The notes under the pieces were generated by a model. It did not search any database, was not told where the DNA came from, and was given only the letters and a program-made list of their open reading frames with translations. Both the position numbers and the translations under genes were made by a program. A DNA stretch of 64,000 bases from Picochlorum sp. SENEW3 (Eukaryota). This document shows, one piece after another, positions 45,225 through 57,500 of this stretch. The DNA is taken from positions 496,001 to 560,000 of the forward strand of contig CP120462.1 in assembly GCA_034226945.1 (NCBI GenBank). Reading direction: 5' to 3'. Within the stretch, counting starts at the first letter, position 1, and each line of letters starts with the position of its first letter.

Positions 45225-47261
45225 TTATTTTGCAAGTGGTGGTACTCCGCAGAAGCAGGACCCCAAAAGCTTGGAGAGCCCAGAGCGAGATTCCCGTGCC
45301 TTTTTCCGCGGATGAGACGCCTTGAAGAGCACATCTGGGGATCTGCCAAACTCTTGAGCTTGCATCAAGAGCGCTCTGTGCTGTGCAGCGTCCTCTTTGG
45401 CCTTGTCCAGATGTTTTGTAGCTCTGCAATGCAGAAATGATGTGGTAAGTACCAGGTGGATCATCACGGAATAGAAATACACGTACAACTCATCATAAGT
45501 CATATAATGAAATACATTATGATGCTTAATCGCTCCCTCGCCCCGGGCATGTATTCCAAACACCAGGTCAATCCATGCGTGTATATGGCTAGAGACGTGG
45601 TCAGACTCCAATGCCAGTCTCATCTTTTCCAAAAATTCCTCGATCGATGTTGCCCATGGCGGAAGTATCACTTTTTTCAAGTGTCCAAAATCGCCACCAA
45701 GGGAAATATATTGATTATTTCGCAATATCTGCAGTCCTGCTTGGGGATCATAGAGTTGAGGAATCAGTTCTTTGACATCACTTCCAGATGCAGAGGATAC
45801 TGATGCCCATGCAGCAGGAATAGACCGAAACATTCTATTCGGATGATCAAACGATCCTCCTTGCAGCTTTAACATTAATTTTGGATTCTGTCGTACTGTG
45901 AAGAACACCACAATGCCAGGATTGGAATAATGGCTTCCAAACATCCATGGATCTTCAACATTAGATTCTTTCAGCGCTTGGTACATCTCCAAACCCTGCA
46001 TAGCTTTCTTCTCCGTAAGCGCTGCAATAGGCTTTGATAGATTTCTGTACACATTAGGACTACGCAGGTTAAGGCTATCACTTGTATAATCCGACAAGAC
46101 CCATGGAAATACTGGATACCGATGGATGTTCTTGTAAGACCTTCCAGCAAGGTCATTCAAATACATGAGATACTGGAAATTCGACACAGAATCCTCCAAC
46201 CAAAGCCTCTGAATATGCCCTACATCTTGGATCATTGTATATCGCGCGAATTCCTTGAGACGCCGAACCAGACGCGTTGCATCCTCTTCATGCTCAAACA
46301 CAAAGAAAACAGATGCACGCCTACCAAAGTATATCTCACACGCATTGCAGTCCACGATATAAGGTCTCTTTCTGACAAGTAGAATCTCTGATTTTTTGAT
46401 ACGAACCCGTCCCAGTCTATCGCTGCAGTATGGTCGAAAGACCACCGTATCAGCCCCAATCTCCAGACTGCCACGGAGACTGCAGAATGGATACACCTGA
46501 AAACACTCCATCCTCTCCTTCCCACTCTGCCCAAGGGGCATGGACGATATTCTCGAATTCCTATAAAATTCATCCACAATACTTTCAATTCCTTGCTGGA
46601 CTTGCATCGCTCGCTCTTCCTCATCCTGCTGCTCTTCCTCCATGCCATTAGGCTGATGTGAATGCATGAGTTTGGCCAACTGTTCCACCACAGCATACCA
46701 CGCATCATGCCCCTGATATCGCTTCCTCTCACTCTTTTTCACAAAAATATGAATCATTCCTGGCGATGCTACCCGTATGTTTGCAACAGACCCGGTGGGG
46801 TGGATCTTCCAATACCAATCAAACCCAAGGACCACCTCATGCAACAATATATCCGATCCCAGGCGCTTCATACGACGATGGCTACAGTCCCTATACAATA
46901 AATATCATCACTTAGGGATGCAATCATCCTCTCATGTTAGAAGAAACACAACGCACCGGACATCCCAACGAGTTACCTGCTGATATGGCACCCTATACTG
47001 TACTTTAGACTCCAGTCCAGTCACCACCCGTACGTAGATGTGCTTGGTTCCGACCAAAATCTGCCCCAGCTCTCCATCCTCTGAATCCTTTGACTTTGGT
47101 TTCGAAATTGAGCACTGGATCGCATGTAAGCATTCCTCTCCGTCGGACAATTCTAACAATCCGAGTTCGTCAACGGTCCCTTGTTCCACCTGACAGAGAA
47201 CATCCAGGACGTCAGCATACTCCGTATCGGATGGTCCATACGTCCTGGATCCTTTATCCAT
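45225..47261 (-). CDS. FAN-like PH/GRAM-BEACH protein lacking WD40; intron 46891-46956 and a probable in-frame intron near 45424-45486
   Basis: BEACH motifs SNFQYLMYLNDLAGRSY, YPVFPWVL, GSHYSNPG, DVKELIP and WIDLVFG. Confidence 0.88.
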
Positions 47262-47538
47262 TCTCGTATTTCTTTGAAGAGGCAGGATACAGCAGACAAC
47301 CAGCAAGAAATCTGGGGACTCCGATGGTTTTAATGTTCTAATTAAAGGGAGCAGGCTGGCATCATGGCCACAGTCGTATTGAGTATTGGCATTGTTCATT
47401 AAATTCTTTATATATCTTGGATGCGTTTTAATGCTTGTCTAGTCATCTCATAGCGGTTTTTGGAGAAAGCAAGGAGGCATGGAGTCATGCTGAAAGATGA
47501 GTTTTTCTGCCTAGATATTTCACAGGACGAGTGTCATT

Positions 47539-50500
47539 ATGCGTGAAGAGATTCAAATGTGTTTAGATTCTGTGGAGGAGGAGATGGGGTGGATGGAGGA
47601 GATGGTGGGTCTCAAGAGTGGATTGTCTCAACAGAGGGGGGGTGAGGAGTCTTCTTCTGCTCGTTTGGATTCTTCGATGAAGAAGAATACAGCGCTGATT
47701 CGAAAGCTTCGAACGTTGCATGATGAAAATTCGGGGATGATTATGGCTGATATACGTAAAGTGAATCAATCCAAGGTAGGTTTTTCTATTATATGACACC
47801 AGTGAGGGGAAAATGAGGGAATTTACCATCACCATGCGTGTATGTGTAGTATGTGAGCGAGGCTGTGTCTGCAATTTTAGATGCTCCATTGAAGTCAAAA
47901 GACGTCAAGGCGGCGATTCGAGTGTGTTGTATGCTTCATGGCCGGTATCCTGATTTTGGTAGTATTATGAAGGAACGGTTGTTGGATATGATTTCGTCAG
48001 ATGTGATGAGTGTGGCAAAGAGGAAGACTCGTATCAAAATATTCTTTTGTCTGTTGAGAGTGGGTGTGGTGGAGAATGTGTTTCCAGACTTGATGAATAC
48101 AGTGAGGTGTTGGACACGGATTAAGATGGATATCAGTCAGAAGGAATCACACACTGCATTGGCGATGTTGAGTACGTTTCTGAAAGCTGGTGGCGTAAGT
48201 ATTATGGAACCAATACGTGTATTTAATGGAGAGAAAGAAGTGGAAGGGGATTGTGCAGCTGGTGTGGAAGAAGCAATTGGATGTTTGAAGAAGGTTGAGG
48301 AGAGTAAGGGCTTGGCAAAGGAACTGTGGTGTTTGAAGAAGGAGCATTCGGATAAGTTAAAGGAGAGAGTATTTGGATGTTATGATGCTGCGTTGGCGGC
48401 CTTGGATGCTGCGTGGTCTTCACTGACGAGACTGCGAAAGGATAATAATTTGATTCTGAATACAAGGGGAGATTTGAGTGAGAAGAGAATGGAGGATTTT
48501 AAAGACGCATGTCAGCAATTTGAGTCTTTCAAAAAAGTTCTTGACTCGTTATCGTACACTTTGTGTCGTGAATTGCCCGAGTATGAGTTTGATGAGGATA
48601 CTGGGTATGGTGAGGAGAGTTTTCGTGTTGTTGAGCAAGGGGATGGAGAGGAGGCTGTGTACTTCGATGATCCAGATGATGTGGCATTGTATCAGACATT
48701 GCCCCCCTTATCAGAACTAGTTCCTCCAATTTTGTTGGGTCAGAAACAGCATACTGAAATGAAGGAGCCTATGGTGGAGGCTGATGGAGAGGATGGTGAT
48801 GACTCGTTGCCGTCAAGCAGTGAGGAGGACAGTGATGAGGAGATTGCCACTCCTTTGGGTAGTGATTCCACAATATCATTGTCGTCTTTGATTTTGAAAC
48901 TTCCAGAGTGTGTATCTATTGATATCTGTGATAGTTTCGTTGTGGAATTCTGCAAAGCTGGCGGGTCAAAACCAAACTCTCAGAAAGCCTTGTGCAAAGC
49001 CTTGCAGAGGCCACCATTTGGTGCAATGCAGATATTGCCGTTTTATTCTAGGATCATAGCATCTCTTTGTCCGTGGTTTCCATTGATTAAAGAGACAATG
49101 GTAAAATTTCTTCAAAGGGAATTCTATGGATTGAAGAAGAAAATTGATATAGCCACAGATACATTGGAGCCCAGACTTCGAAATGCATGTTTCATAGCAG
49201 AATTGATAAAGTTTGGGATATATCCTCCTGGAAAGGCTTTCATACAGTTGAGGTCTCTCTTTGATGACTTTTCAAGGCATAATGTGGATACTGCATGCTG
49301 CCTGGTGGAGCACTGTGGAAGATACTTGTACCAACGACCAGATACAAAGGTTCGAATGAAGAATATGATGGCGACCATGGTGAAAATAAAGAATGCGAAG
49401 AATCTAGAACAGCGACATGTTGCGCTTATCGACGCTGCTCAAGCTACTGTGTATGGTACAAGTTCTACCCAACAAAGAAAAACCCGGACGCATGAAGAGG
49501 AGTACATCAGACACTTGATTTATTCAGAATTGGCATCTGATAATGTCACTCAGGTATCAACAGCATGCAGGAAATTTGTATGGAGCAAGCAGGCTGGGTA
49601 TATTCACAAAAAGATACTGTCAGCAGTACGAAAAGGCAAGCATAGTCAAATATCCCCCTTAGCATCCTTGACAAAAGAGTTGGCGGCATATTACCCATCA
49701 TTCGCTTTTAATATTGTGGATGAGGTGCTGGAGGATATTTTATGTGGATTAGAAAATCCCGATGCGCGTACGTGGATTGCTTCAAAGCTTTCATGATTGA
49801 TTGTGCTGAAAACTGATTCTTTCTTGTTCTTTTCAGGGTACAACCAAAGGAGATTATCAATGGTAAGGTTTCTGGGAGAATTATGCAATAAACAATGTGC
49901 TGAAGCAAATTTGGTACCAGATATGATGCATATCATTCTAAATTATTCAATGGAGGGAGAGATTCCTGATCCCCACTTTAGAATCAAGCTCATTGCAACT
50001 CTGGGAGTTGCTGCGGCTTCTTCCCTACGGAGATCAGGAGGGAATAGAACGCGTTTGTTCGCCTTTCTTCCATATTTCGAGGAGTTTGTGATGTTCTTCC
50101 ATCCGTTGCCAATGGATGTTGAACTTGATGTAGACGAGATGTATAGGACATTAAATGCAAAGTATCCAAAGCATGCAACGTATAAGGATGCTCAGGATGC
50201 TCTGCTGAAATTCCACGCAAAACAAAGCAGGAAGCAATCATCTGCATCGCTGCATTCAATTCAAGAATTTGACAGTATGAATCTTGATGAGGAAGAGTTT
50301 GCTACACAAAGTGAGCTGGGGAGCCCAGCAGATGACTCATCCTTGGAGATTGATGAGGAATCTGTCCGCCGATTCACTGGGCCATCGCAAGAGGAAGAAT
50401 CATTTGAAAGAGAACTGGCACTTGCTTTGGGAACCAATCAAGACTTGACGAGCAGTAATCATACCATGACAGAGCCAAAGATCAAGTCAGCAACAGGTGA

Positions 50501-50681
50501 TGAAGGTTCTCAAAAGTTATCTTTCAAAGTCATGACAAAGAAGTCTGGAAAGAAAGAAAAGTCAAAAATGGTACAAATACCAGTGACTCGCGGTGTTGCT
50601 CAACGTTTGAAGGAAAACAAGGAAGCAGAAGCTGCCGAAAAGGCAGCCTTGAAACGAATGGTCCTAGCATCTGAATTTTAA
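47539..50681 (+). CDS. UPF2: Nonsense-mediated decay factor UPF2; introns 47776-47849 and 49768-49836
   Basis: LDSSMKKNTALIRKL, YVSEAVSAI, FIAELIKF, LVEHCGRYL and NQRRLSMVRFLGEL mark the MIF4G domains. Confidence 0.93.
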
Positions 50682-50700
50682 ACAATATTCATGTCACATA

Positions 50701-51473
50701 TTATGCAGTACCCTTCTTCAATGCATCAAGCCTCTTTTGCACTTCTGGATCGAGCTCTTCTTCCTCCTCATTTCCAACCTCTCTCTTTCTCTTGCGAGCC
50801 TCATCATGGATTCTATTGTCGGCCTCATCCTCATGGACTTGTTCTTCTCCTTCTTCTCCGTCCTGTACCCACACGGCCCGATTCTTCTCTTTCGCGTCTT
50901 TACTATCGTCATCTAATGGCGTGTTCCACCAAATGGGGCCACCAAAGCGCCCGTCTCCAGATGCACAACAAATACACCCTGTTTGAACGTCTGGTGTCAC
51001 CCTCTGCTGTGGGGCTCTATTCTTCATAGGCACACGGCAATGCGATGTCGTCCCAAAATTGTGGTTTCCCTTTTGTATAGCAAGAAGAGAACACAAAATT
51101 TCATAGCCAGGCTTCCGCCATTTTGAAATAAGAGCCCCATCAGCTATTTTCTCTCGAACCAAAAAGTCATACTGCACACATTAGACGAGTCCCGTGTCAG
51201 TACGACCAACAAGCACATTTGAGCCATTAAATAAAATCTATAACGTACCAATTGCCGAGACATGACCTTCCTCGCGTACATCAAATCGTAAATGAAACGA
51301 TTTTTCTCCCAATGCAATCGGTGAATCTTCCAAGAACTCTCATTCTTTCGTTTTCCTTCGTGGTCTTCATTCACTGCTTCTCTCATTTGCGTTTCAAAAT
51401 CATCTATGACGTCTTCTATCATCTCAAAGCCTTCCGGCACTCGTTTATTCTTCAAACGTCTTCGAAAAGACAT
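50701..51473 (-). CDS. BUD31: BUD31/G10-like splicing factor with degenerate Cys cluster; intron 51172-51248
   Basis: PEGFE.IE, HEGKRKNESSW.I, AD..LISKWRKPGYE.LC and NFGT..CRVP. Confidence 0.85.
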
Positions 51474-51538
51474 GGTAGGTTCTTAAATTGTTTCCTTATT
51501 CGTATAATAATTGCACAAAAGCCGCGAAAATAAATAAT

Positions 51539-54500
51539 TTAAATAAATGCCATCCAACCTCTCCACATTCTGCATAAATTTGCGTCGTCCGTGGCCTCTT
51601 GGAGCAGGTATTGGACCTGTCCTTCCACGCCCCGAGCTGTGGTATCACCTGCATCACGCATGGGGTCGTGATTAGCACAAGGTTGGGATATATGCAGGTC
51701 CCTCGGATCAAAAGCAACATCGTACCTCCGACAATACCTTCAAGCTTGTGCTGAATGACTAAAAGTGTCCTATTTGCGTCTACATTTCCCTCCAGGTCTG
51801 ACAACATGGTGCTGGCCAATGTTTGGTCATCATCGTCTTCCTGCTTCTTGCTGGCTCGATCATAGGTAAGTGCCCACTTATAAAGAGGATCGTGAATGAA
51901 TACTGAGAGGACGGTGAGCAGAGGGTCTTTCTGCTTTTTTAAAACTCGGAGAGTTTCTTCACAGCATCGCCTCATGACCCCTTCGACTCCTGAGGTGCCC
52001 ATGCCATCCACCATGTTCCGTGTCAGTCTGAATGGGACCTGTTCAGGAGTTGGAAGAAGCTTGCCTTGCTCAAATGCAATTCCAAGGTCAATGTGAATGA
52101 CTTCAGCTGTGCTCTTATCCAGGAGGATATTACTGGTGTGCCGATCACCCAGCCCAATGATGTGGCCGGCCATGGAATTGACTGCAACGCTTCTTGAATA
52201 AGCAAGTCTTGCGGCGTACCAGCTACCAGGGTCTGGGAATCTTCTTAAAAAGACATTTCCCATTCGAGGCTTGCCACATCTTTTAACGCACTGTTTGAAT
52301 ATGTGCAGTTTATCAGAGGTTTTCCGAAACTCCTGTGCCTTTGCAAGCATCTGCTGAATTAGCCCCAGGCCCCTTGAAAAATTGTTGTTCCCGTCAACAA
52401 CAAAGTGTAACAGTGATCGGGTATCATCGATCCACTCTAGCAACCCAGATGATGGACTAAATGGTATGGCATTGTATGTCCTGATGGAGAGATTGCGGGC
52501 AGCAGTTGATTTTGCATCTCGTAGGAAAGCATTGCAAATTCTGAAAAACTGCTGCATGACTGCATCCTGCCGGAGATCATCTTGCCCTCCTTTGACCAGC
52601 TGTTTTCTTCTATTTCCGTGACTATCAGTGATGGTAATTAGTTTTGGCTTGTTGATTCCACCAGGGAAGGACATTCTTTCCTCGATGTTCTGGACTGTTG
52701 GCAAATCCTTATACTCAGATGTCATATCCAAGGGCACGGTGATTGACAGTACTGGTATACTGACCAGATCGCGGCTGCATGAGAACACGTATACGGTAGG
52801 AAGATAAGCTCGACAGAACGAAAAAGTCATGATAAGGAACGTACCAAAATCTCCTCCGAATACCTCCAGGGAATGCCATCTCAGTTGTGTCTTTGTCAAC
52901 AGGGATCCTTGCAATATCTATGTAACCATCTGTTGCAATCTCCATCTCATTTATTATCGACTCGAAACGTTTGTTCAATGATTTAATCCGCTGAATCAGA
53001 TAACGTGCAGCCTTAATTCTGCTTTCGTTGGCTTCAAAAACCCATCCCCCTGATTGGCTCCGAGAGGTGTAGTTATCTGTTGTCCTATCACCATTCTTCA
53101 ATGCAAATAGAATGGGTAGCATGTGGAAAGGGTGATCTTTTGTCATTCTGAACAGCATAGACTGGAGGTTCCTCTGAAAATTGCTGCAGTCCGCACCGTC
53201 TATGGCTCCATCTGCAAGCCTAGATGCTAGCTGATGTGATAGTGGAATCAACTTATGAGACGGTATCCCCCCTGCTCTTTCACTAAAGCATACATTTATT
53301 TGCTTTGACCTCAGTGTTTCGGAGCAATGTGAAAGCCAGATGTCGACAAGGCGGAACATGGCAGGCAAATCGTACTGGTCTCCATACTGCAGCGCTAGAC
53401 AGTACCCTTTCATTGCCAGCCTTTCACATTGTATCTCATTCTCGTCTGCCGACGCAAAAACTTGCTGATCTTCTTGTATGGTCGTCTGTAATTTTTTTAT
53501 AGATGATTGGAGCCTCATCGTAGATGGGACATTCGACTTTCGCTGCCTTTTAGAAGGGTTATTCCTTTCTGCATGAAATTCCGCTTCGAGTTCTTGCTTC
53601 TGTTTTTCCTTTCTGTCCATGATTGACCTCGATCTTTCCCAATCAGCCGAGGCCTTCTTTGCGCATATTTCCTTGTACAAATGATCTGCATAAGATGCCA
53701 TCCGGTAGTGAACGCGACCTGCTTGTGAAGATGTTTCAGGTTGCAGTGAGGACAACTTGAGTAACTCATTTGAGTTTTGTTCCAAGGTATCGAGAATTTG
53801 AGATGAACTCTCCCTCTGAGTGACAGCCATCCATTTCGAAAGAAGTGCATTCATGTATGATACCTGGACAGAATTCGTTTCTGTGCGTTTTGCCTTCTTT
53901 GAAAGAGCATATAAAGTCCACAAAGCAGCATCAAGCTGATTCTGGGCCCAGAGAGTTTTGACCTCTTCGATTCTCCAAGCTGACTCTGCAGGGGTATATT
54001 TATTTCTCCAATTCTCTCTTGTTAGGTTTAAAAACTGCCTGAAGCGAGAGAGAGCCCCAAATGCTTGTCCATTCCGATTTGACTTTCTTGCACAGATTGC
54101 AATGTCCAACAAACACTCTGCTTGTAATTCTCCATGATTCAACAATTTGAGAATTTCGTATCGGAGATCTTTCAGAGGAATTTCAAGAGAAAATCTCCAG
54201 CCTTTCCCTGCAATATACTCTCGAGATTTCCACAGTTCATTCAGACCTTGAATTTGCTCCTCCAACCTAGCATGGGTATTGCTGAGTGCTGGATTGAGCA
54301 CATTCTCATTCCATCTCAAATCCCAAGTCTCTGCAAGTCCTTGTGCCATCTGAAGCTTAACAATCAAAGGATTCAGGTCTGCGGTTGTTTCTCTGGCAGC
54401 AGAGGCAAGGTGATGGATTGCCTCCTTCCTAACAGAGTGGATGGAATCAATAAAACCAGAGAGATTTCCACCACGCAAGCATTTCATTGCGATGCTCAGA

Positions 54501-57500
54501 TGAGTATCAGTCTTTGACGAAACAAGAGAATCATCAGAAGATTCAATCGGATACCACTCACCCATTGAGATGGCTTGCGTGCTGATTGAGTTTTTTGAGG
54601 TTCCATCCTCACTGCTTTGCCCATAGGTCTTCGATGAGATTGCTGAGATCAGGTGAGAGGCCCCTAAATTATTCAAACATCGTCTTATAGAAGCAGAAGC
54701 TTCTTGTCTTGAAATATCCATGAATGCTCCTGATACATTGTTTTCATCAAGCAGCTGCAAAGCAACATCACTGACAACAAGAGCTTTACTCCAATCGCCC
54801 TCTCTTTCAAACTTACGAAGCTGCGACAAGGCGTTATTATATCTTGATACAGCATATAGGCCATCCGGCTCGGGGAGGAGGGTGTAAATCTCGAGCAAGA
54901 GTTTTTGGCTCCGTCTGATTGCATCCTCTGAGGCATCCCTTCCATACTCTTGCTCCCATCGCTCTGCAAAGATCAAAGCGCTGTAAAGTGATCTGGCATG
55001 GATACATGCCTCACAGATATCTAAGTAATCCATTTCAATCCAGCATATCGTCTTCCATTTATAATGAATCCGTTCAGCATCTGCTGAATGAGCTTCTTGC
55101 TGATGAATGAAGATCCTAAGTGAATGAAATATGCTCAACAAAACATTCATCACACTTGGGCAGGATTTGCTAAAGGGAAACACATATTGCGAGATGCATT
55201 CACCAATCATTTTGCTCATATTCGGTGCTTTTGATTCAACGGCCTTGCTGGTGGCCAGGTCTGCAAATGCTAATGGCAAAACTATTTCACAAAATCGAGC
55301 TTGTATGCTGGCCAGTTTCTTACACGTGCGGAGCACGTGATTCTGAGACTGCAAAAGAAATTTCAAGAGATTGTTAGAGGAAGAACTTTACGTGCCCTGA
55401 ATCAAAGAAACTTACAATTGACAGAACTTTGCTCCCCACCCTTGTTACCCAATCCTCATAACCAACACCATCTAACGACCATATCTCTTTGGAATACAAG
55501 CTTTCAGGGATCATTACTTCATTTTGAGATGTTTCTGTATCAAGTTCGCATTGGAGGAAGATGCTCAAATAATCCTGAGTTAATGGATCCAGAGAGTTGA
55601 ACACAGAGTTGCCGACTTGGGTTGATAAGAGGACTTGAAGAATTCTAAATGCCTCTGAACACACAACCGAGTCTTCGTCGATAAGAAAATCACCGAGTAA
55701 AATTATTGCACGATAGTAAACCTCCTCCTCTAAAACCTCCTTGGAATATTGCCGCCTTGCCTGCTGACTAATATTTTGAAGAGAGTGATTCTGCTTGGGC
55801 TTCAACGTGACCACATGAGGCTCTAATGGTCCAAAGTAGGACACCAATTCACCAGCAAAGTCGATTAATTTCTCATCACCTTCTTCAGAGGCTGCTGCCA
55901 TGACTAATTTCCACAGAGTGGCTTCTGTAACGATTCGACCTTCCTTTTGGACACTGTATTCACCCAACAGACCTTGTAGCATCTTGATGTAAGCAGACCT
56001 GGTAGATGAGGATAAATGCTGGGAGATCTCAGCAAATGTACAAATTTGAGCATCCAGAGAACTTGTGTCCGCCCTTTTCGCGATGAAATCTTGTAATTCC
56101 TGATCTGGAATTCTTGCAAGCCGAGCATCTATGAATATAATGTGCTTTTGGAGAGAAGCTGGTGCACTGCAGGTCAGTACCTTGATTGCCTGCAACAACT
56201 TCGAATCAGTGGCGTATTTAAATTTTTCATATGCATCGCAAAGATTAGAAAGCAATGGAGCTACTCCGTGCCCTATGGTATCGATAAGTGCCGCATGGTC
56301 ACTCCCATGGCTTCCCTCCGAATCCATGGTAAGTGTGACAATATATTTCAAGAGCTCGCTTGCCTGTTCTGCGGTCGATTTAACCCTAATAAGATTCGCT
56401 ATTATAGAGAGAGTTTGTCGTAATATCCCTGGATTGTTCAAGGAATCTTTAATGCTCAGAATAGTGCACTTTGTAGCTCTCATTGCAAGTGATTTGTGCC
56501 TTGGGTGCCTGAAGGTATGCAACTTCTCTTTGATTCGGACAAGGAGGTCCATGGTATCAATTGGACGAACCTGGGTACCATAACTACTATCGTCTGAGAG
56601 GCATTTGACAACTTGCAGGATGACGCTTCGATTCTCAGTCAACCTGCTATCCTCCTCTTGAAAATCTACGCCTGCAGTTCCCATGACATGTACCAAAATA
56701 TCTGATGACGCAGCCCTCGCAATGATTTCCGTATTCATTGCTGTGAGGCCAAAGCTATTTAAAATCTTCCTCAAATTCTGTTCAATTGATTTCACCAGTG
56801 ATTCCGCATCGGCGGATTCCGAAAGGTGGTAATGGATTGCATATATATCAGCCATACTTTCTTCGATGAGAAGTTCTGGTGAAGACTCCTTCAAAACATG
56901 CAGCAGCCCCTTGATACCATTGGTTGACCTGAAGTAAACTAGTATAGCAAATATTACCAGTTTGCCCGGGATATCTTCTAACCCTAGTAAAGCGCACGCT
57001 AGGATGAATTTCTCAACATTAGGCACAAGCTTCCGAGCGCTTGAGAGCAGGTGGACAGCAATTTCACGAGACATTGCTTTGAAATAGCTTTGCCCTGAGT
57101 CATATCCTAATGATTTACCAACCCAACCCAAGGTTTTGAGAACCGTGTCATTTATAGCGACATTTTCTGTGGACAATTCTTGCAGCAAGGTTGTAACACA
57201 GACCAGTTCTAACTTGTCAACTTTCAAAGCCACCTTTCCAAGTGTTAACACGACGGTCTTAATTATTGCATCTTTATCAGATTCAACTCGGATCGCTGTT
57301 TCGCCATCTTCATTGCATTGTATTGGCACGAGTTCCAGGACAGAATGGAACAAGTTCTGCAGGCAAATTCACTTTGACTCTGAGATCCCATGTTCAACTA
57401 TTTTTTTGCTCTAAGATTGAGCCAAACCACGTACCGAAGGATCATCAAATATGTCTAAAAGGTTAGGAAAAAGGTTAGATACACATGTCCGAACGCAGAA

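Noticed and set aside
43783..45429. Apparent overlap of the FGGY kinase ORF with the BEACH gene
   Set aside because: An artefact of an upstream non-ATG start. The likely ATG is at 45132, downstream of the BEACH stop.
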